Source: a virus (Duplodnaviria; Heunggongvirae; Uroviricota; Caudoviricetes). Taken from it: a stretch of 37,712 bases of DNA. The translations under genes and the position numbers were made by a program. Shown piece after piece: positions 15,902 to 26,046 of the stretch; the first letter of the stretch is position 1, and every line of letters begins with the position of its first letter. The notes beneath the pieces were generated by a model. That model was not told where the DNA came from and searched no databases. It saw only the letters and a list, made by a program, of their open reading frames with translations. The stretch lies in IMG/VR virus record IMGVR_UViG_2700989168_000004. One strand, given 5' to 3'.

Positions 15902-16487
15902 ATGGCTGGAACGGCGGGGCGTTCCGGGCGTCGCCCCAAGCCAACGGCGCGCAAGGCGCTGNNNNNNNNNNNNNNNNNNNNNNNNNNNNNNNNNNNNNNN
16001 NNNNNNNNNNNNNNNNNNNNNNNNNAACCCCGGCAAGCGAGCCCTGAACAAAGATGAACCTGTTTTTACGCCCATCAAAGGTGTTGAGCCACCGGAGTGG
16101 TTCGCAGAAGAAGATCTCCCTCTCGCCACGATCATGTGGCAACTGACAACCAAAGAACTCTGCGGTCAGGGCCTGCTGTGCGTGACTGACCTTGCGGTAC
16201 TTGAGCGGTGGTGCGTGGCCTATGAGTTCTGGCGACGTGCCGTGAAAAATATTGCCAGACAGGGCAACACCATCACCGGTGCAATGGGTGGCATGGTTAA
16301 AAATCCGGAGCTGACCGCCAAGAAAGAACAGGAGTCCGAGATGAGCAGCACGGGGGCAATGCTCGGACTCGACCCCAGCAGCCGCCAGCGTCTGATTGGC
16401 CTGGCGGGGCAGAAGAAAGCNNNNNNNNNNNNNNNNNNNNNNNNNNNNNNNNNNNNNNNNNNNNNNNNNNNNNNNNNNNNNNNNTAA
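15902..16487 (+). CDS. terminase small subunit (P27-family-like); interrupted by two N runs, frame inferred
   Basis: Starts MAGTAGRSGRRPKPTARKAL (typical of this family) at ATG 15902; resumes after the gap in the track frame; stop TAA directly after the second N run. Confidence 0.7.
15962..16025. other. run of 64 N
   Basis: Literal n characters. Confidence 1.
16421..16484. other. run of 64 N
   Basis: Literal n characters. Confidence 1.
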
Positions 16488-16511
16488 CCCGTTTCTGAAA
16501 ATCATCGAATC

Positions 16512-18245
16512 ATGAGCCGGAAATCTTACCCCAACGTAAATGCTGCCAATCAGTATGCCCGTGATGTCGTGCGCGGAAAGATTGTGGCCTGCCAGTTTGT
16601 GATTCAGGCCTGCCAGCGCCATCTTGATGACCTGATGGCGGAAAAAAGTAAGTCGTTTCGTTACCGCTTCGACAAGGACCTGGCTGAACGGGCCGCGAAA
16701 TTTATTCAGCTGTTGCCACACACCAAGGGGGAGTGGGCATTCAAGAGGATGCCCATCACACTGGAACCGTGGCAGCTCTTTGTGATCTGCTGTGCGTTTG
16801 GCTGGGTCAATAAAGGCTCCCGGCTGCGCCGCTTCAGGGAGGTGTATACCGAAATCCCCCGTAAGAACGGCAAATCGGCAATCTCTGCCGGTGTTGCCCT
16901 GTATTGTTTTGCCTGTGATAACGAGTTTGGCGCGGAAGTGTATTCCGGTGCCACGACAGAGAAACAGGCGTGGGAAGTCTTTCGCCCGGCGCGACTGATG
17001 TGTAAACGCACACCCATGCTGACGGAAGCGTTCGGGATTGAGGTTAACGCCTCAAACATGAACCGTCCGGAGGATGGCGCGCGGTTTGAACCGCTGATCG
17101 GTAACCCCGGTGATGGTTCATCACCCCACTGTGCCGTGGTGGATGAATATCACGAGCACGCCACCGATGCGCTTTATACCACGATGCTTACCGGGATGGG
17201 CGCGCGACGTCAGCCACTGATGTGGGCCATCACCACCGCCGGGTACAACATTGAGGGGCCGTGCTACGACAAGCGGCGGGAAGTTATCGAGATGCTCAAC
17301 GGTTCGGTACCCAACGATGAACTGTTCGGGATCATCTATACCGTTGACGAAGGCGATGACTGGACCGACCCGCAGGTGCTGGAAAAAGCCAATCCAAATA
17401 TTGGCGTGTCGGTTTATCGCGAATTTTTGTTAAGTCAGCAGCAGCGTGCGAAAAATAACGCCCGTCTGGCAAACGTCTTTAAAACAAAACACCTCAATAT
17501 CTGGGTGTCGGCGCGTTCGGCGTATTTCAACCTGGTGAGCTGGCAGAGCTGCGAGGATAAATCACTGACCCTTGAGCAGTTCGAGGGGCAGCCGTGCATT
17601 CTGGCCTTTGACCTGGCGCGTAAGCTGGATATGAACAGCATGGCGCGACTTTATACCCGTGAGATTGACGGTAAAACGCATTACTACAGTGTGGCCCCGC
17701 GTTTCTGGGTACCGTATGACACGGTGTACAGCGTCGAGAAAACTGAAGATCGCCGGACCGCCGAACGCTTTCAGAAATGGGTGGAAATGGGCGTCCTGAC
17801 CGTTACCGATGGTGCAGAGGTGGATTATCGCTACATCCTCGAAGAGGCCAAAGCGGCGAACAAAATCAGCCCGGTCAGCGAGTCACCCATCGACCCCTTC
17901 GGGGCGACCGGGCTCTCACATGACCTTGCTGATGAAGACCTGAATCCCGTCACTATCGTCCAGAACTTCACCAATATGTCCGATCCGATGAAAGAGCTGG
18001 AAGCAGCGATTGAATCGGGACGTTTTCATCATGACGGCAATCCCATCATGACCTGGTGTATCGGCAACGTGGTCGGCAAAAACATGCCGGGTAACGATGA
18101 TGTGGTGAAGCCTGTCAAGGAGCAGGCGGAAAACAAAATTGACGGTGCAGTTGCGCTGATTATGGCGGTTGGCAGAGCCATGCTGTACGAGAAAGAAGAC
18201 ACGCTGTCTGACCACATTGAGTCCTACGGGATCCGCTCGCTTTAA
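16512..18245 (+). CDS. terminase large subunit (HK97-type, Terminase_1 family)
   Basis: 577 aa with ATPase and nuclease regions typical of large terminases; follows the small subunit. Confidence 0.9.
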   Translation: MSRKSYPNVNAANQYARDVVRGKIVACQFVIQACQRHLDDLMAEKSKSFRYRFDKDLAERAAKFIQLLPHTKGEWAFKRMPITLEPWQLFVICCAFGWVNKGSRLRRFREVYTEIPRKNGKSAISAGVALYCFACDNEFGAEVYSGATTEKQAWEVFRPARLMCKRTPMLTEAFGIEVNASNMNRPEDGARFEPLIGNPGDGSSPHCAVVDEYHEHATDALYTTMLTGMGARRQPLMWAITTAGYNIEGPCYDKRREVIEMLNGSVPNDELFGIIYTVDEGDDWTDPQVLEKANPNIGVSVYREFLLSQQQRAKNNARLANVFKTKHLNIWVSARSAYFNLVSWQSCEDKSLTLEQFEGQPCILAFDLARKLDMNSMARLYTREIDGKTHYYSVAPRFWVPYDTVYSVEKTEDRRTAERFQKWVEMGVLTVTDGAEVDYRYILEEAKAANKISPVSESPIDPFGATGLSHDLADEDLNPVTIVQNFTNMSDPMKELEAAIESGRFHHDGNPIMTWCIGNVVGKNMPGNDDVVKPVKEQAENKIDGAVALIMAVGRAMLYEKEDTLSDHIESYGIRSL

Positions 18246-18256
18246 CTGAGGTAATT

Positions 18257-18439
18257 ATGATCATGCTGATTCTCGCGCCTCTGGTGGGCGTGCTGGGTGC
18301 GCTTTTGCTGGCATATGGTGCCTGGCTGATTTATCCCCCGGCGGGTTTTGTTGTTGCCGGGGCGTTGTGCCTGTTCTGGTCGTGGCTGGTAGCGCGATAT
18401 CTCGATCGTACACAGCTGTCTGTTGGTGGAGGTAAATAG
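18257..18439 (+). CDS. hypothetical small membrane protein (60 aa)
   Basis: GAGGT RBS before ATG; two hydrophobic stretches; fills the terminase-portal gap. Confidence 0.4.
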   Translation: MIMLILAPLVGVLGALLLAYGAWLIYPPAGFVVAGALCLFWSWLVARYLDRTQLSVGGGK

Positions 18440-19680
18440 TGTTCTTTTCGGGATTATTTCAACGAAAAAGTGACGCACCGGTGACCACGCCAGCAGAGCT
18501 GGCGGATGCCATCGGGTTGTCCTACGACACCTATACCGGAAAGCAGATCAGCAGTCAGCGGGCCATGCGACTGACGGCGGTTTTTTCCTGCGTCAGAGTG
18601 CTGGCAGAGTCGGTCGGGATGTTGCCCTGCAATCTGTATCACCTGAACGGCAGCCTGAAGCAGAGAGCCACCGGCGAACGTCTGCATAAACTGATCTCCA
18701 CGCATCCCAATAGCTATATGACGCCGCAGGAGTTCTGGGAGCTGGTGGTCACCTGTCTGTGCCTGCGGGGAAATTTTTACGCCTACAAAGTGAAAGCATT
18801 TGGCGAAGTGGCTGAACTGCTGCCCGTCGATCCCGGTTGTGTGGTACCGAAGCTTAACAGTAGCTGGGAACCGGTTTACCAGGTCACATTTCCGGACGGC
18901 TCCACGGATGTACTGAGCCAGGAAGATATCTGGCATGTGCGCACGCTGACGCTGGACGGTCTGGTGGGACTGAATCCCATCGCCTATGCCCGCGAGGCAA
19001 TATCGCTGGCGGCAGCGACCGAAGAGCACGGGGCCAGACTGTTCAGCAATGGCGCGGTGACGTCGGGTGTGTTGCGTACAGAGCAGACGCTGTCGGATCA
19101 GGCTTATGAGCGCCTGAAGAAAGATTTTGAGGAGCGTCACACCGGGCTTGGCAATGCTCACCGCCCGATGATCCTTGAGATGGGGCTGGACTGGAAGTCG
19201 ATGGCGTTGAACGCAGAGGACAGCCAGTTCCTGGAAACCCGCAAGTTTCAGCTTGAAGAAATCTGTCGTCTGTTCCGGGTGCCATTGCACATGGTGCAGA
19301 ACACCGATCGCGCCACCTTCAACAATATCGAAGAACTGGGGCTCGGATTTATCAACTATTCACTGGTGCCGTATCTGACCCGCATCGAACAGCGGATCAA
19401 CACCGGACTGGTACGAAAAAGTAAGCAGGGCGTTTATTACGCCAAATTTAACGCCGGGGCGTTACTGCGCGGGGATATGAAGTCCCGTTTTGAAGCCTAC
19501 GCCACCGGGATTAACTGGGGAATTTACTCTCCCAATGACTGCCGCGACCTGGAAGATATGAATCCGCGTCCCGGTGGGAATGTCTATCTCACACCGATGA
19601 ACATGACCACGAAACCCTCCGATGGCAGTAAAGCCGGTAAGCAGAAGGATAACGCCAATGCAGACGAAACAACGTCTTGA
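18439..19680 (+). CDS. portal protein (HK97 family)
   Basis: 413 aa, size and position after terminase; GTG start after GGTGGAGG. Confidence 0.85.
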   Translation: MFFSGLFQRKSDAPVTTPAELADAIGLSYDTYTGKQISSQRAMRLTAVFSCVRVLAESVGMLPCNLYHLNGSLKQRATGERLHKLISTHPNSYMTPQEFWELVVTCLCLRGNFYAYKVKAFGEVAELLPVDPGCVVPKLNSSWEPVYQVTFPDGSTDVLSQEDIWHVRTLTLDGLVGLNPIAYAREAISLAAATEEHGARLFSNGAVTSGVLRTEQTLSDQAYERLKKDFEERHTGLGNAHRPMILEMGLDWKSMALNAEDSQFLETRKFQLEEICRLFRVPLHMVQNTDRATFNNIEELGLGFINYSLVPYLTRIEQRINTGLVRKSKQGVYYAKFNAGALLRGDMKSRFEAYATGINWGIYSPNDCRDLEDMNPRPGGNVYLTPMNMTTKPSDGSKAGKQKDNANADETTS

Positions 19681-20308
19681 TGTACCGCTGAGTCTGAAAT
19701 CTGTCAGTGACTCCGGTGAGTTTGAAGGGTATGGCTCCGTCTTTGGTGTAAAGGACAGCCACGATGATGTGGTGATGTCCGGGGCATTTGCTGCTTCCCT
19801 GCGGGCGTGGAGTGACAGAAAAGCGTTACCTGCGCTGCTCTGGCAGCACCGCATGGATGAACCCATCGGTGTTTACACCGAAATGAAGGAAGACGATGTC
19901 GGGCTTTACGTCAGGGGACGGTTGCTTATTGATGATGATCCCCTCGCAAAACGCGCACATGCACACATGAAGGCCGGTTCGTTAACCGGCCTTTCTATTG
20001 GGTACGTCCTGAAAGACTGGGAATACGACCGGAGCAAAGAAGCCTTTCTGCTGAAAGAAATCGACCTCTGGGAAGTCAGCCTGGTGACGTTCCCGTCTAA
20101 CGACGAGGCGCGGATCAGCGACGTCAAGAACGCACTGGCCCGCGGGGAAATCCCCGAACAGAAAAAAATCGAAAGAGTCCTGCGTGATGTCGGACTCTCC
20201 CGTACCCAGGCCAAAGCATTCATGGCCGGGGGCTATGGCGCACTGTCCCTGCGCGACGCTGAGGATGTGGGCTCTGCACTGAATGCACTGAAAAATCTGA
20301 ACTTCTAA
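19658..20308 (+). CDS. prohead maturation protease (HK97 family, S78)
   Basis: Position between portal and capsid; conserved-looking protease core; ATG 19658 with AAGGA RBS preferred over the upstream in-frame ATG at 19622. Confidence 0.8.
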   Translation: MQTKQRLDVPLSLKSVSDSGEFEGYGSVFGVKDSHDDVVMSGAFAASLRAWSDRKALPALLWQHRMDEPIGVYTEMKEDDVGLYVRGRLLIDDDPLAKRAHAHMKAGSLTGLSIGYVLKDWEYDRSKEAFLLKEIDLWEVSLVTFPSNDEARISDVKNALARGEIPEQKKIERVLRDVGLSRTQAKAFMAGGYGALSLRDAEDVGSALNALKNLNF

Positions 20309-20322
20309 TCAGGAGAAATACG

Positions 20323-21528
20323 ATGGCGGTTGATATTAAAGATGTCGAACAGGTCGCGCAGGAGCTGCAGCAGAAGTTTGACGACTTCAAAGCAAAGAAC
20401 GACAAGCGCGTGGATGCGATTGAGCAGGAAAAAGGCAAGCTTGCCGGGCAGGTGGAAACCCTGAACGGGAAACTCAGCGAGCTGGAAAATCTCAAAAGCG
20501 ACCTTGAAAAAGAGCTGCTTGAGCTGAAACGTCCGGCAGGTGGTGCGCAAAATAAACTGGCCACCGAGCATAAAGAGGCGTTTGTGGGCTTCCTGCGTAA
20601 AGGCCGTGAAGACGGTCTGCGCGATCTGGAGCGTAAGGCATTGCAGGTGGGTACCGATGAAGACGGTGGCTACGCCGTGCCGGAAGAACTGGATCGCAAC
20701 ATTCTTAACCTGCTGAAAGATGAAGTGGTGATGCGTCAGGAAGCCACGGTGATCACCGTTGGCGGTTCCGACTACAAAAAACTGGTGAATCTGGGCGGTA
20801 CGGCTTCCGGATGGGTGGGGGAAACGGATACGCGATCCCAGACTGCCACCTCCAGACTGGAGCTGATTGAACCTCTCATGGGGGAAATTTACGGCAACCC
20901 GCAGGCTACCCAGAAAATGCTGGACGATGCCTTCTTCAACGTGGAGGCCTGGATCAACAGCGAGCTGGCAACCGAATTTGCCGAACAGGAAGAAATTGCC
21001 TTTACCTCAGGCGATGGCACCAAGAAGCCGAAAGGGTTCCTGGCGTATGAATCCACTGATGAAACCGACAAGGTCCGGGCGTTCGGCAAACTTCAGCATA
21101 TTGTATCCGGCGAAGCGACCGCGGTGACCGCAGACGCCATTATCAAACTGATTTACACGCTGCGTAAGGCACACCGCACTGGCGCGAAGTTCATGATGAA
21201 CAACAACAGCCTGTTTGCCATCCGTCTGCTGAAAGACACCGAGGGTAACTATCTGTGGCGTCCTGGGCTGGAACTGGGGCAGCCATCCTCTCTGGCGGGT
21301 TACGGTATCGCTGAAAACGAGCAGATGCCGGATATTGCCGCGGATGCGAAAGCCATTGCATTTGGTAACTTCAAACGGGGTTACACCATCGTTGACCGTA
21401 TCGGTACCCGCATTCTTCGCGATCCGTACACCAATAAACCGTTTGTCGGTTTTTATACCACCAAGCGCACCGGCGGCATGCTGGTCGATTCGCAGGCCAT
21501 CAAACTGCTGAAGATTGCAGCGGCGTAA
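20323..21528 (+). CDS. major capsid protein (HK97 fold) with N-terminal coiled-coil delta domain
   Basis: 401 aa; N-terminal 90 aa highly charged coiled-coil-like, then typical capsid core; strong AGGAGA RBS. Confidence 0.9.
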   Translation: MAVDIKDVEQVAQELQQKFDDFKAKNDKRVDAIEQEKGKLAGQVETLNGKLSELENLKSDLEKELLELKRPAGGAQNKLATEHKEAFVGFLRKGREDGLRDLERKALQVGTDEDGGYAVPEELDRNILNLLKDEVVMRQEATVITVGGSDYKKLVNLGGTASGWVGETDTRSQTATSRLELIEPLMGEIYGNPQATQKMLDDAFFNVEAWINSELATEFAEQEEIAFTSGDGTKKPKGFLAYESTDETDKVRAFGKLQHIVSGEATAVTADAIIKLIYTLRKAHRTGAKFMMNNNSLFAIRLLKDTEGNYLWRPGLELGQPSSLAGYGIAENEQMPDIAADAKAIAFGNFKRGYTIVDRIGTRILRDPYTNKPFVGFYTTKRTGGMLVDSQAIKLLKIAAA

Positions 21529-21535
21529 TCACTCA

Positions 21536-21556
21536 GGGGCGCGGAACCGCGCCCCC
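21536..21556 (+). terminator. stable GC hairpin immediately after the major capsid gene (attenuator or terminator candidate)
   Basis: GGGGCGCG-GAAC-CGCGCCCC perfect 8-bp stem followed by CTGTTCTGA. Confidence 0.35.
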
Positions 21557-21577
21557 TGTTCTGACGGGTGAAGAATC

Positions 21578-21778
21578 ATGATCCTGAAACAAGATCTGAA
21601 ATGGTCACCGGACGGTATGCGTGTTGATGTCATTCGGGCCGGTGAGTATGACGACGGGACGCTTCCTGCCCGGGTGCAGGAGATTGCACTTCAGGCCGGG
21701 TTAGCAGAGCGCGGAACCAGTGCAAAAAGCAGTAAAGCGACAAAAGAGAAAAAAGCCACGACCAGTAAAGAGGGCTGA
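21578..21778 (+). CDS. hypothetical small head-associated protein (66 aa)
   Basis: ORF filling the capsid-connector gap; Lys/Thr-rich C-terminus. Confidence 0.4.
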   Translation: MILKQDLKWSPDGMRVDVIRAGEYDDGTLPARVQEIALQAGLAERGTSAKSSKATKEKKATTSKEG

Positions 21779-21780
21779 GT

Positions 21781-22104
21781 ATGCTTCTGACAATGGAAGA
21801 GATTAAAGCCCAACTCCGGCTGGATGAGGATTTCGATGCTGATGACCGCCATCTGCAACTGCTGGCCTGTGCGGCGCAAAAGCGGACGGAAACGTATCTG
21901 AACCGGAAGCTCTATGCTCCGGATGAAACCATTCCGGACAGCGATCCGGACGGGCTGCACCTGCCGGATGATATTCGTCTGGGGATGCTGATGCTTATCA
22001 GCCATTTTTACGAAAATCGCTCGTCGGTTACAGACGTTGAGAAAATGGAGTTGCCAATGAGCTTTAACTGGCTTGTCGGCCCGTACAGGTATTTCCCGCA
22101 ATGA
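21781..22104 (+). CDS. head-tail connector (gp6-like)
   Basis: About 107 aa in the canonical position after the capsid gene; acidic N-terminus. Confidence 0.75.
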   Translation: MLLTMEEIKAQLRLDEDFDADDRHLQLLACAAQKRTETYLNRKLYAPDETIPDSDPDGLHLPDDIRLGMLMLISHFYENRSSVTDVEKMELPMSFNWLVGPYRYFPQ

Positions 22105-22511
22105 AAATTCGTCAGGCGCAGACCAGCGCAACCTACATTCTGCCGGACCCCGGTGAACTGAATAAACGCGTCCTGATCCGCCAGCGGGTGGATATGCCCG
22201 CGGATAACTTTGGCGTGGAGCCTCAATACCCGGTTGCGTTCCGGACATGGGCGAAGGTTGTCCAGACCAGTGCCACCACCTGGCAGGAAACCGCGCAGAC
22301 CGGGGACGCCATCACCCATTACATCACCATTCGTTACCGCCGGGGGATCACCGCTGATTATGAGGTGGTCTGCGGTGACAGTGTGTACCGGGTGAAACGT
22401 CAGCGCGATCTGAACGGGGCGCGGCGCTTTCTGCTGCTGGAGTGTACGGAGCTGGGCGAATGTAGGCAGAGTCACGGAGGCAACAATGACGACTTCCTTT
22501 TTGCACGTTGA
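22101..22511 (+). CDS. head closure / head-tail joining protein (SPP1 gp16-like)
   Basis: ATGA-coupled to the connector gene; size and order consistent. Confidence 0.7.
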   Translation: MKIRQAQTSATYILPDPGELNKRVLIRQRVDMPADNFGVEPQYPVAFRTWAKVVQTSATTWQETAQTGDAITHYITIRYRRGITADYEVVCGDSVYRVKRQRDLNGARRFLLLECTELGECRQSHGGNNDDFLFAR

Positions 22512-22992
22512 TTTTCAGCAGCCCGCGGAGATGCGCTTTAACCGCGCCCGTGTCCGGCGGGCGTTTGTCACGATTGGTCAGCGTCATATGCGTGATGCCC
22601 GTCGGCTGGTGATGCGCCGTGCGCGGTCGGCAACGGGTGAAAACCCCGGTTATCAGACCGGACGCCTGGCTCGTTCGATTGGTTACATGGTACCCAGAGC
22701 CAGTAAACATCGCCCCGGTTTTATGGCACGTATAGCCCCTAACCAGCGTAATGGAGAGGGAAACCGCCGTATCACCGGTGATTTTTATCCGGCTTTTTTG
22801 TTCTATGGCGTGAGGCGAGGGGCAAAGCGTCGTCGCAGCCATCATCGTGGTGCATCCGGTGGCAGCGGCTGGCGACTGGCTCCACGTAATAACTTCATGG
22901 TGGAAACGCTTGAAAAGAACCGCAGCTGGACACGCTATTTTCTGGCGCGGGAATTGCGTAAATCACTGAAGCCGGAGCGACGACACAGATGA
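22486..22992 (+). CDS. HK97 gp10-like tail/neck component
   Basis: Strong GGAGG RBS; basic protein in the neck-module position. Confidence 0.65.
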   Translation: MTTSFLHVDFQQPAEMRFNRARVRRAFVTIGQRHMRDARRLVMRRARSATGENPGYQTGRLARSIGYMVPRASKHRPGFMARIAPNQRNGEGNRRITGDFYPAFLFYGVRRGAKRRRSHHRGASGGSGWRLAPRNNFMVETLEKNRSWTRYFLARELRKSLKPERRHR

Positions 22993-23549
22993 AACTGACG
23001 CCTGTTATTGCTGCACTGCGTGCCCGCTGTCCGTATTTTGAAAACCGGGTGGCAGGCGCGGCCCAGTTCAAAAATCTGCCGGAGGTCGGAAAGCTGAGAC
23101 TCCCGGCGGCGTATGTGGTACCGGGTGATGACTCTCCGGGAGAAAACAAAAGCCAGACCGACTACTGGCAGGAGCTGAAAGAGGGCTTCTCCGTGGTTGT
23201 CATACTGAGTAACGGGCGTGATGAGCGCGGTCAGTTTGCCTCGTATGATGTGGTGGACGATGTCCGGCAGATGCTCTTTAAGGCTCTGCTGGGCTGGAAC
23301 CCGGAGGCGTGCGGTAACCCGATTACCTATGACGGCGGCACGCTGCTGGATCTGAATCGTCATGAGCTGATTTATCAGTTCGATTTTTCGGTCATCAGCG
23401 AGCTGACTGAAGACGATACCCGCCAGCAGGATGATCTGAACAGTCTGGATGAACTGCAAACGCTGGCGATTGATGTTGATTATCTCGAGCCCGGTAACGG
23501 GCCTGACGGCGATATCGAACATCACACCGAAATAACCCTTCCTTCCTGA
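22989..23549 (+). CDS. Mu gp37-like (DUF1834) tail-associated protein, tentative
   Basis: Position immediately before sheath module in a Mu-type tail cluster; family from recall. Confidence 0.45.
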   Translation: MKLTPVIAALRARCPYFENRVAGAAQFKNLPEVGKLRLPAAYVVPGDDSPGENKSQTDYWQELKEGFSVVVILSNGRDERGQFASYDVVDDVRQMLFKALLGWNPEACGNPITYDGGTLLDLNRHELIYQFDFSVISELTEDDTRQQDDLNSLDELQTLAIDVDYLEPGNGPDGDIEHHTEITLPS

Positions 23550-23557
23550 GGATCCTC

Positions 23558-23728
23558 ATGTTTGTCAAACCTGTTAAAGGGCGGTCAGTTCCTGACCCTG
23601 CCCGCGGCGACCTTTTGCCCGCCGAGGGGCGAAATGTTGATGAGAACAACTACTGGCTGCGCCGTGAAGCAGCGGGTGATATCCGGCGCGTGAATAAAAA
23701 GGTGAATACCGATGACGATAAGCTTTAA
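23558..23728 (+). CDS. small ORF preceding the tail sheath (56 aa), tentative
   Basis: ATG at 23558, stop TAA 23726-23728 overlapping the sheath start; not in the ORF track (below 60 aa). Confidence 0.35.
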   Translation: MFVKPVKGRSVPDPARGDLLPAEGRNVDENNYWLRREAAGDIRRVNKKVNTDDDKL

Positions 23729-25272
23729 CACCATTCCGTCGAATACGCTGGTTCCGTTGTTTTATGCGGAAATGGATAACCAGGCGGCGAATACTGCACA
23801 GGACAGCGGAGCATCGCTGCTGATTGGTCATGCCAATAACGGTGCAGAGATTGTTGCCAACAGTCTGGTGCTGATGCCATCGGCAGACTATGCACGCCAG
23901 ATTTGTGGTGCGGGAAGTCAGCTGGCGCGTATGGTCGAGGCTTATCGCCAGACCGACCCGTTTGGTGAACTGTATGTGATTGCCGTTCCTGAATCCACGG
24001 GCGCGGCGGCAACAGTTACGCTGACGGTGACCGGCGCGGCAACCGAAACCGGCACGGTGAATGTTTATGTGGGACGTACCCGCGTGCAGGCACCGGTGAC
24101 CAACGGCGATAACGTCGCGACGATTGCCAGCAGTATCCAGGATGCCATCAATGCCGTTCCGACCCTGCCGTTTACGGCTTCATCTTCGGCAGGCGTGGTC
24201 ACACTGACCGCGCGTCATAAGGGGCTTTGCGGGAATGAAATTCCTGTCAGCCTCAATTACTACGGCTTTGGTGGGGGCGAAGTGCTGCCAGCGGGCGTAC
24301 AGATTGCCGTGGCGACGGGTACCGCCGGAACGGGCGCTCCTGTTCTCACCGGCGCGGNNNNNNNNNNNNNNNNNNNNNNNNNNNNNNNNNNNNNNNNNNN
24401 NNNNNNNNNNNNNNNNNNNNNNNNNNNNNNNNNNNNNNNNNNNNNNNNNNNNNNNNNNNNNNNNNNNNNNNNNNNNNNNNNNNNNNNNNNNNNTGGTGAC
24501 CGAGATGAACGATACCAGCGGTCGCTGGAGCTATGCGCGTCAGCTGTATGGTCATGTGTACACGGCAAAGATCGGCACGCTGTCAGAACTGGTGACCGCA
24601 GGTGACCAGTTTAACCAGCAGCACATTACCCTGGCGGGATACGAAAAAGAGACCCAGACGCCTGCCGACGAGCTGGCGGCAAGCCGTACCGCCCGCGCAG
24701 CGGTGTTTATTCGCAACGATCCGGCACGTCCCACGCAGACCGGTGAGCTGGTGGGTATGCTGCCTGCGCCGAAGGGGAAACGGTTCACGATGACCGAACA
24801 ACAGACCCTGCTGTCTCATGGCGTGGCAACGGCGTATGTCGAAAGCGGGGTGCTGCGCATTCAGCGTGATGTCACCACGTACAGGAAAAACGCTTACGGT
24901 GTTGCGGATAACAGCTACCTCGACAGCGAGACGCTGCATACCAGCGCGTATGTACTGCGCAAACTGAAATCCGTCATTACCAGTAAGTACGGGCGTCACA
25001 AGCTTGCCAGCGACGGTACCCGCTTTGGTCCCGGTCAGGCGATTGTCACCCCGGCGGTGATCAAAGGGGAACTGCTGGCAACCTACCGTCAGCTTGAGCG
25101 TGCGGGGATCGTGGAAAACTACGAACTTTTTAAGCAGTACCTGGTTGTGGAGCGTGATGCCAGCGATCCGAACCGCCTGAACACGCTGTTCCCGCCTGAC
25201 TATGTTAACCAGTTGCGTGTCTTTGCCGTGGTTAACCAGTTCCGTCTTCAGTATTCAGAGGAGTCCGCATAA
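23712..25272 (+). CDS. contractile tail sheath protein (Mu gpL-like); interrupted by N run 24358-24493
   Basis: N- and C-terminal parts lie either side of the gap in different nominal frames; combined size about 520 aa. Confidence 0.85.
24358..24493. other. run of 136 N
   Basis: Literal n characters. Confidence 1.
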
Positions 25273-25628
25273 TGGCCCGTATCGGGGGAACCTGTTATTT
25301 CAAAATTGACGGTCAGCAGCTATCGCTGACCGGCGGCATTGAGGTGCCCATGAACAGGACGGTCAATGATGACATCATCGGCCTGGACGGTTCAGTGGAC
25401 CGCAAGGAAACTCACCGTGCGCCTTATGTCAAAGGGACCTTCAAGGTGCCGAAGAATTTTCCGGTGAGCAAAATCACCTCGTCTGATGAGATGACCATCA
25501 CTGCCGAGCTGGCGAACGGTCAGGTCTATGTATTGTCGTCCGCCTGGCTGCACGGAGAAGCGAACCATAATGCCGAAGAAGGCACGGTTGATCTTGAGTT
25601 CCACGGTGAAGAAGGGGATTACCAGTAA
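25272..25628 (+). CDS. tail tube protein (Mu gpM-like)
   Basis: 118 aa directly after sheath, ATGA-coupled. Confidence 0.8.
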   Translation: MARIGGTCYFKIDGQQLSLTGGIEVPMNRTVNDDIIGLDGSVDRKETHRAPYVKGTFKVPKNFPVSKITSSDEMTITAELANGQVYVLSSAWLHGEANHNAEEGTVDLEFHGEEGDYQ

Positions 25629-25897
25629 TGAAAGAGCTTGAGTTAAAGAAACCGATTACCGCTCATGGCGAGACACTCTCCGTACTGGAGTTTGATGAGC
25701 CCACCGGGAAAGATGTCCGCGAGCTGGGGTATCCCTACCAGATGAATCAGGATGAGTCCGTCAGACTTCTGGCGCATGTGGTATCGAAATACATTGTGCG
25801 GCTGGCGAAAGTGCCGCAAAGCTCTGTCGACCAGATGTCTCCGGCAGACCTGAATGCAGCGGCGTGGCTTGTGGCTGGTTTTTTCCTCCAGGCCTGA
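25628..25897 (+). CDS. tail assembly chaperone (short form)
   Basis: 89-aa ORF between tube and tape measure; ends just after a T TTT TTC slippery heptamer. Confidence 0.75.
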   Translation: MKELELKKPITAHGETLSVLEFDEPTGKDVRELGYPYQMNQDESVRLLAHVVSKYIVRLAKVPQSSVDQMSPADLNAAAWLVAGFFLQA

Positions 25898-26046
25898 CGG
25901 CTGAATACCTCACTGATCGCTTCTTTGACTGCGCCAGTTACTGGCGCATTAATCCTTTCGAATTGCTGAATATGCCGATCAGTGAAATTCCCTTACTGGT
26001 CAGTCAGGCAAACAGGATAGAGCAGGAGAAACGCACACATGGCTGA
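25628..26046 (+). CDS. tail assembly chaperone, -1 frameshift-extended form (predicted)
   Basis: Slippery site TTTTTTC at 25879-25885; the -1 frame continues open (FFPPGLTAEYL...EKRTHG) to 26046, overlapping the tape-measure start. Confidence 0.5.

Noticed and set aside
15177-16721. ORFs spanning N runs (15177..15554, 15311..15535, 15740..16153, 15861..16721 minus and the X-containing plus-strand ORFs)
   Set aside because: Openness is an artefact of N translated as X; antisense to the HNH and terminase genes.
16706-24999. Numerous antisense ORFs within terminase, portal, capsid, neck and sheath genes (for example 18454..19290, 20220..20564, 21691..22248, 22348..22845, 22935..23525, 24583..24999)
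   Set aside because: Expected open antisense frames in GC-rich structural genes; no start or RBS support, low-complexity products.
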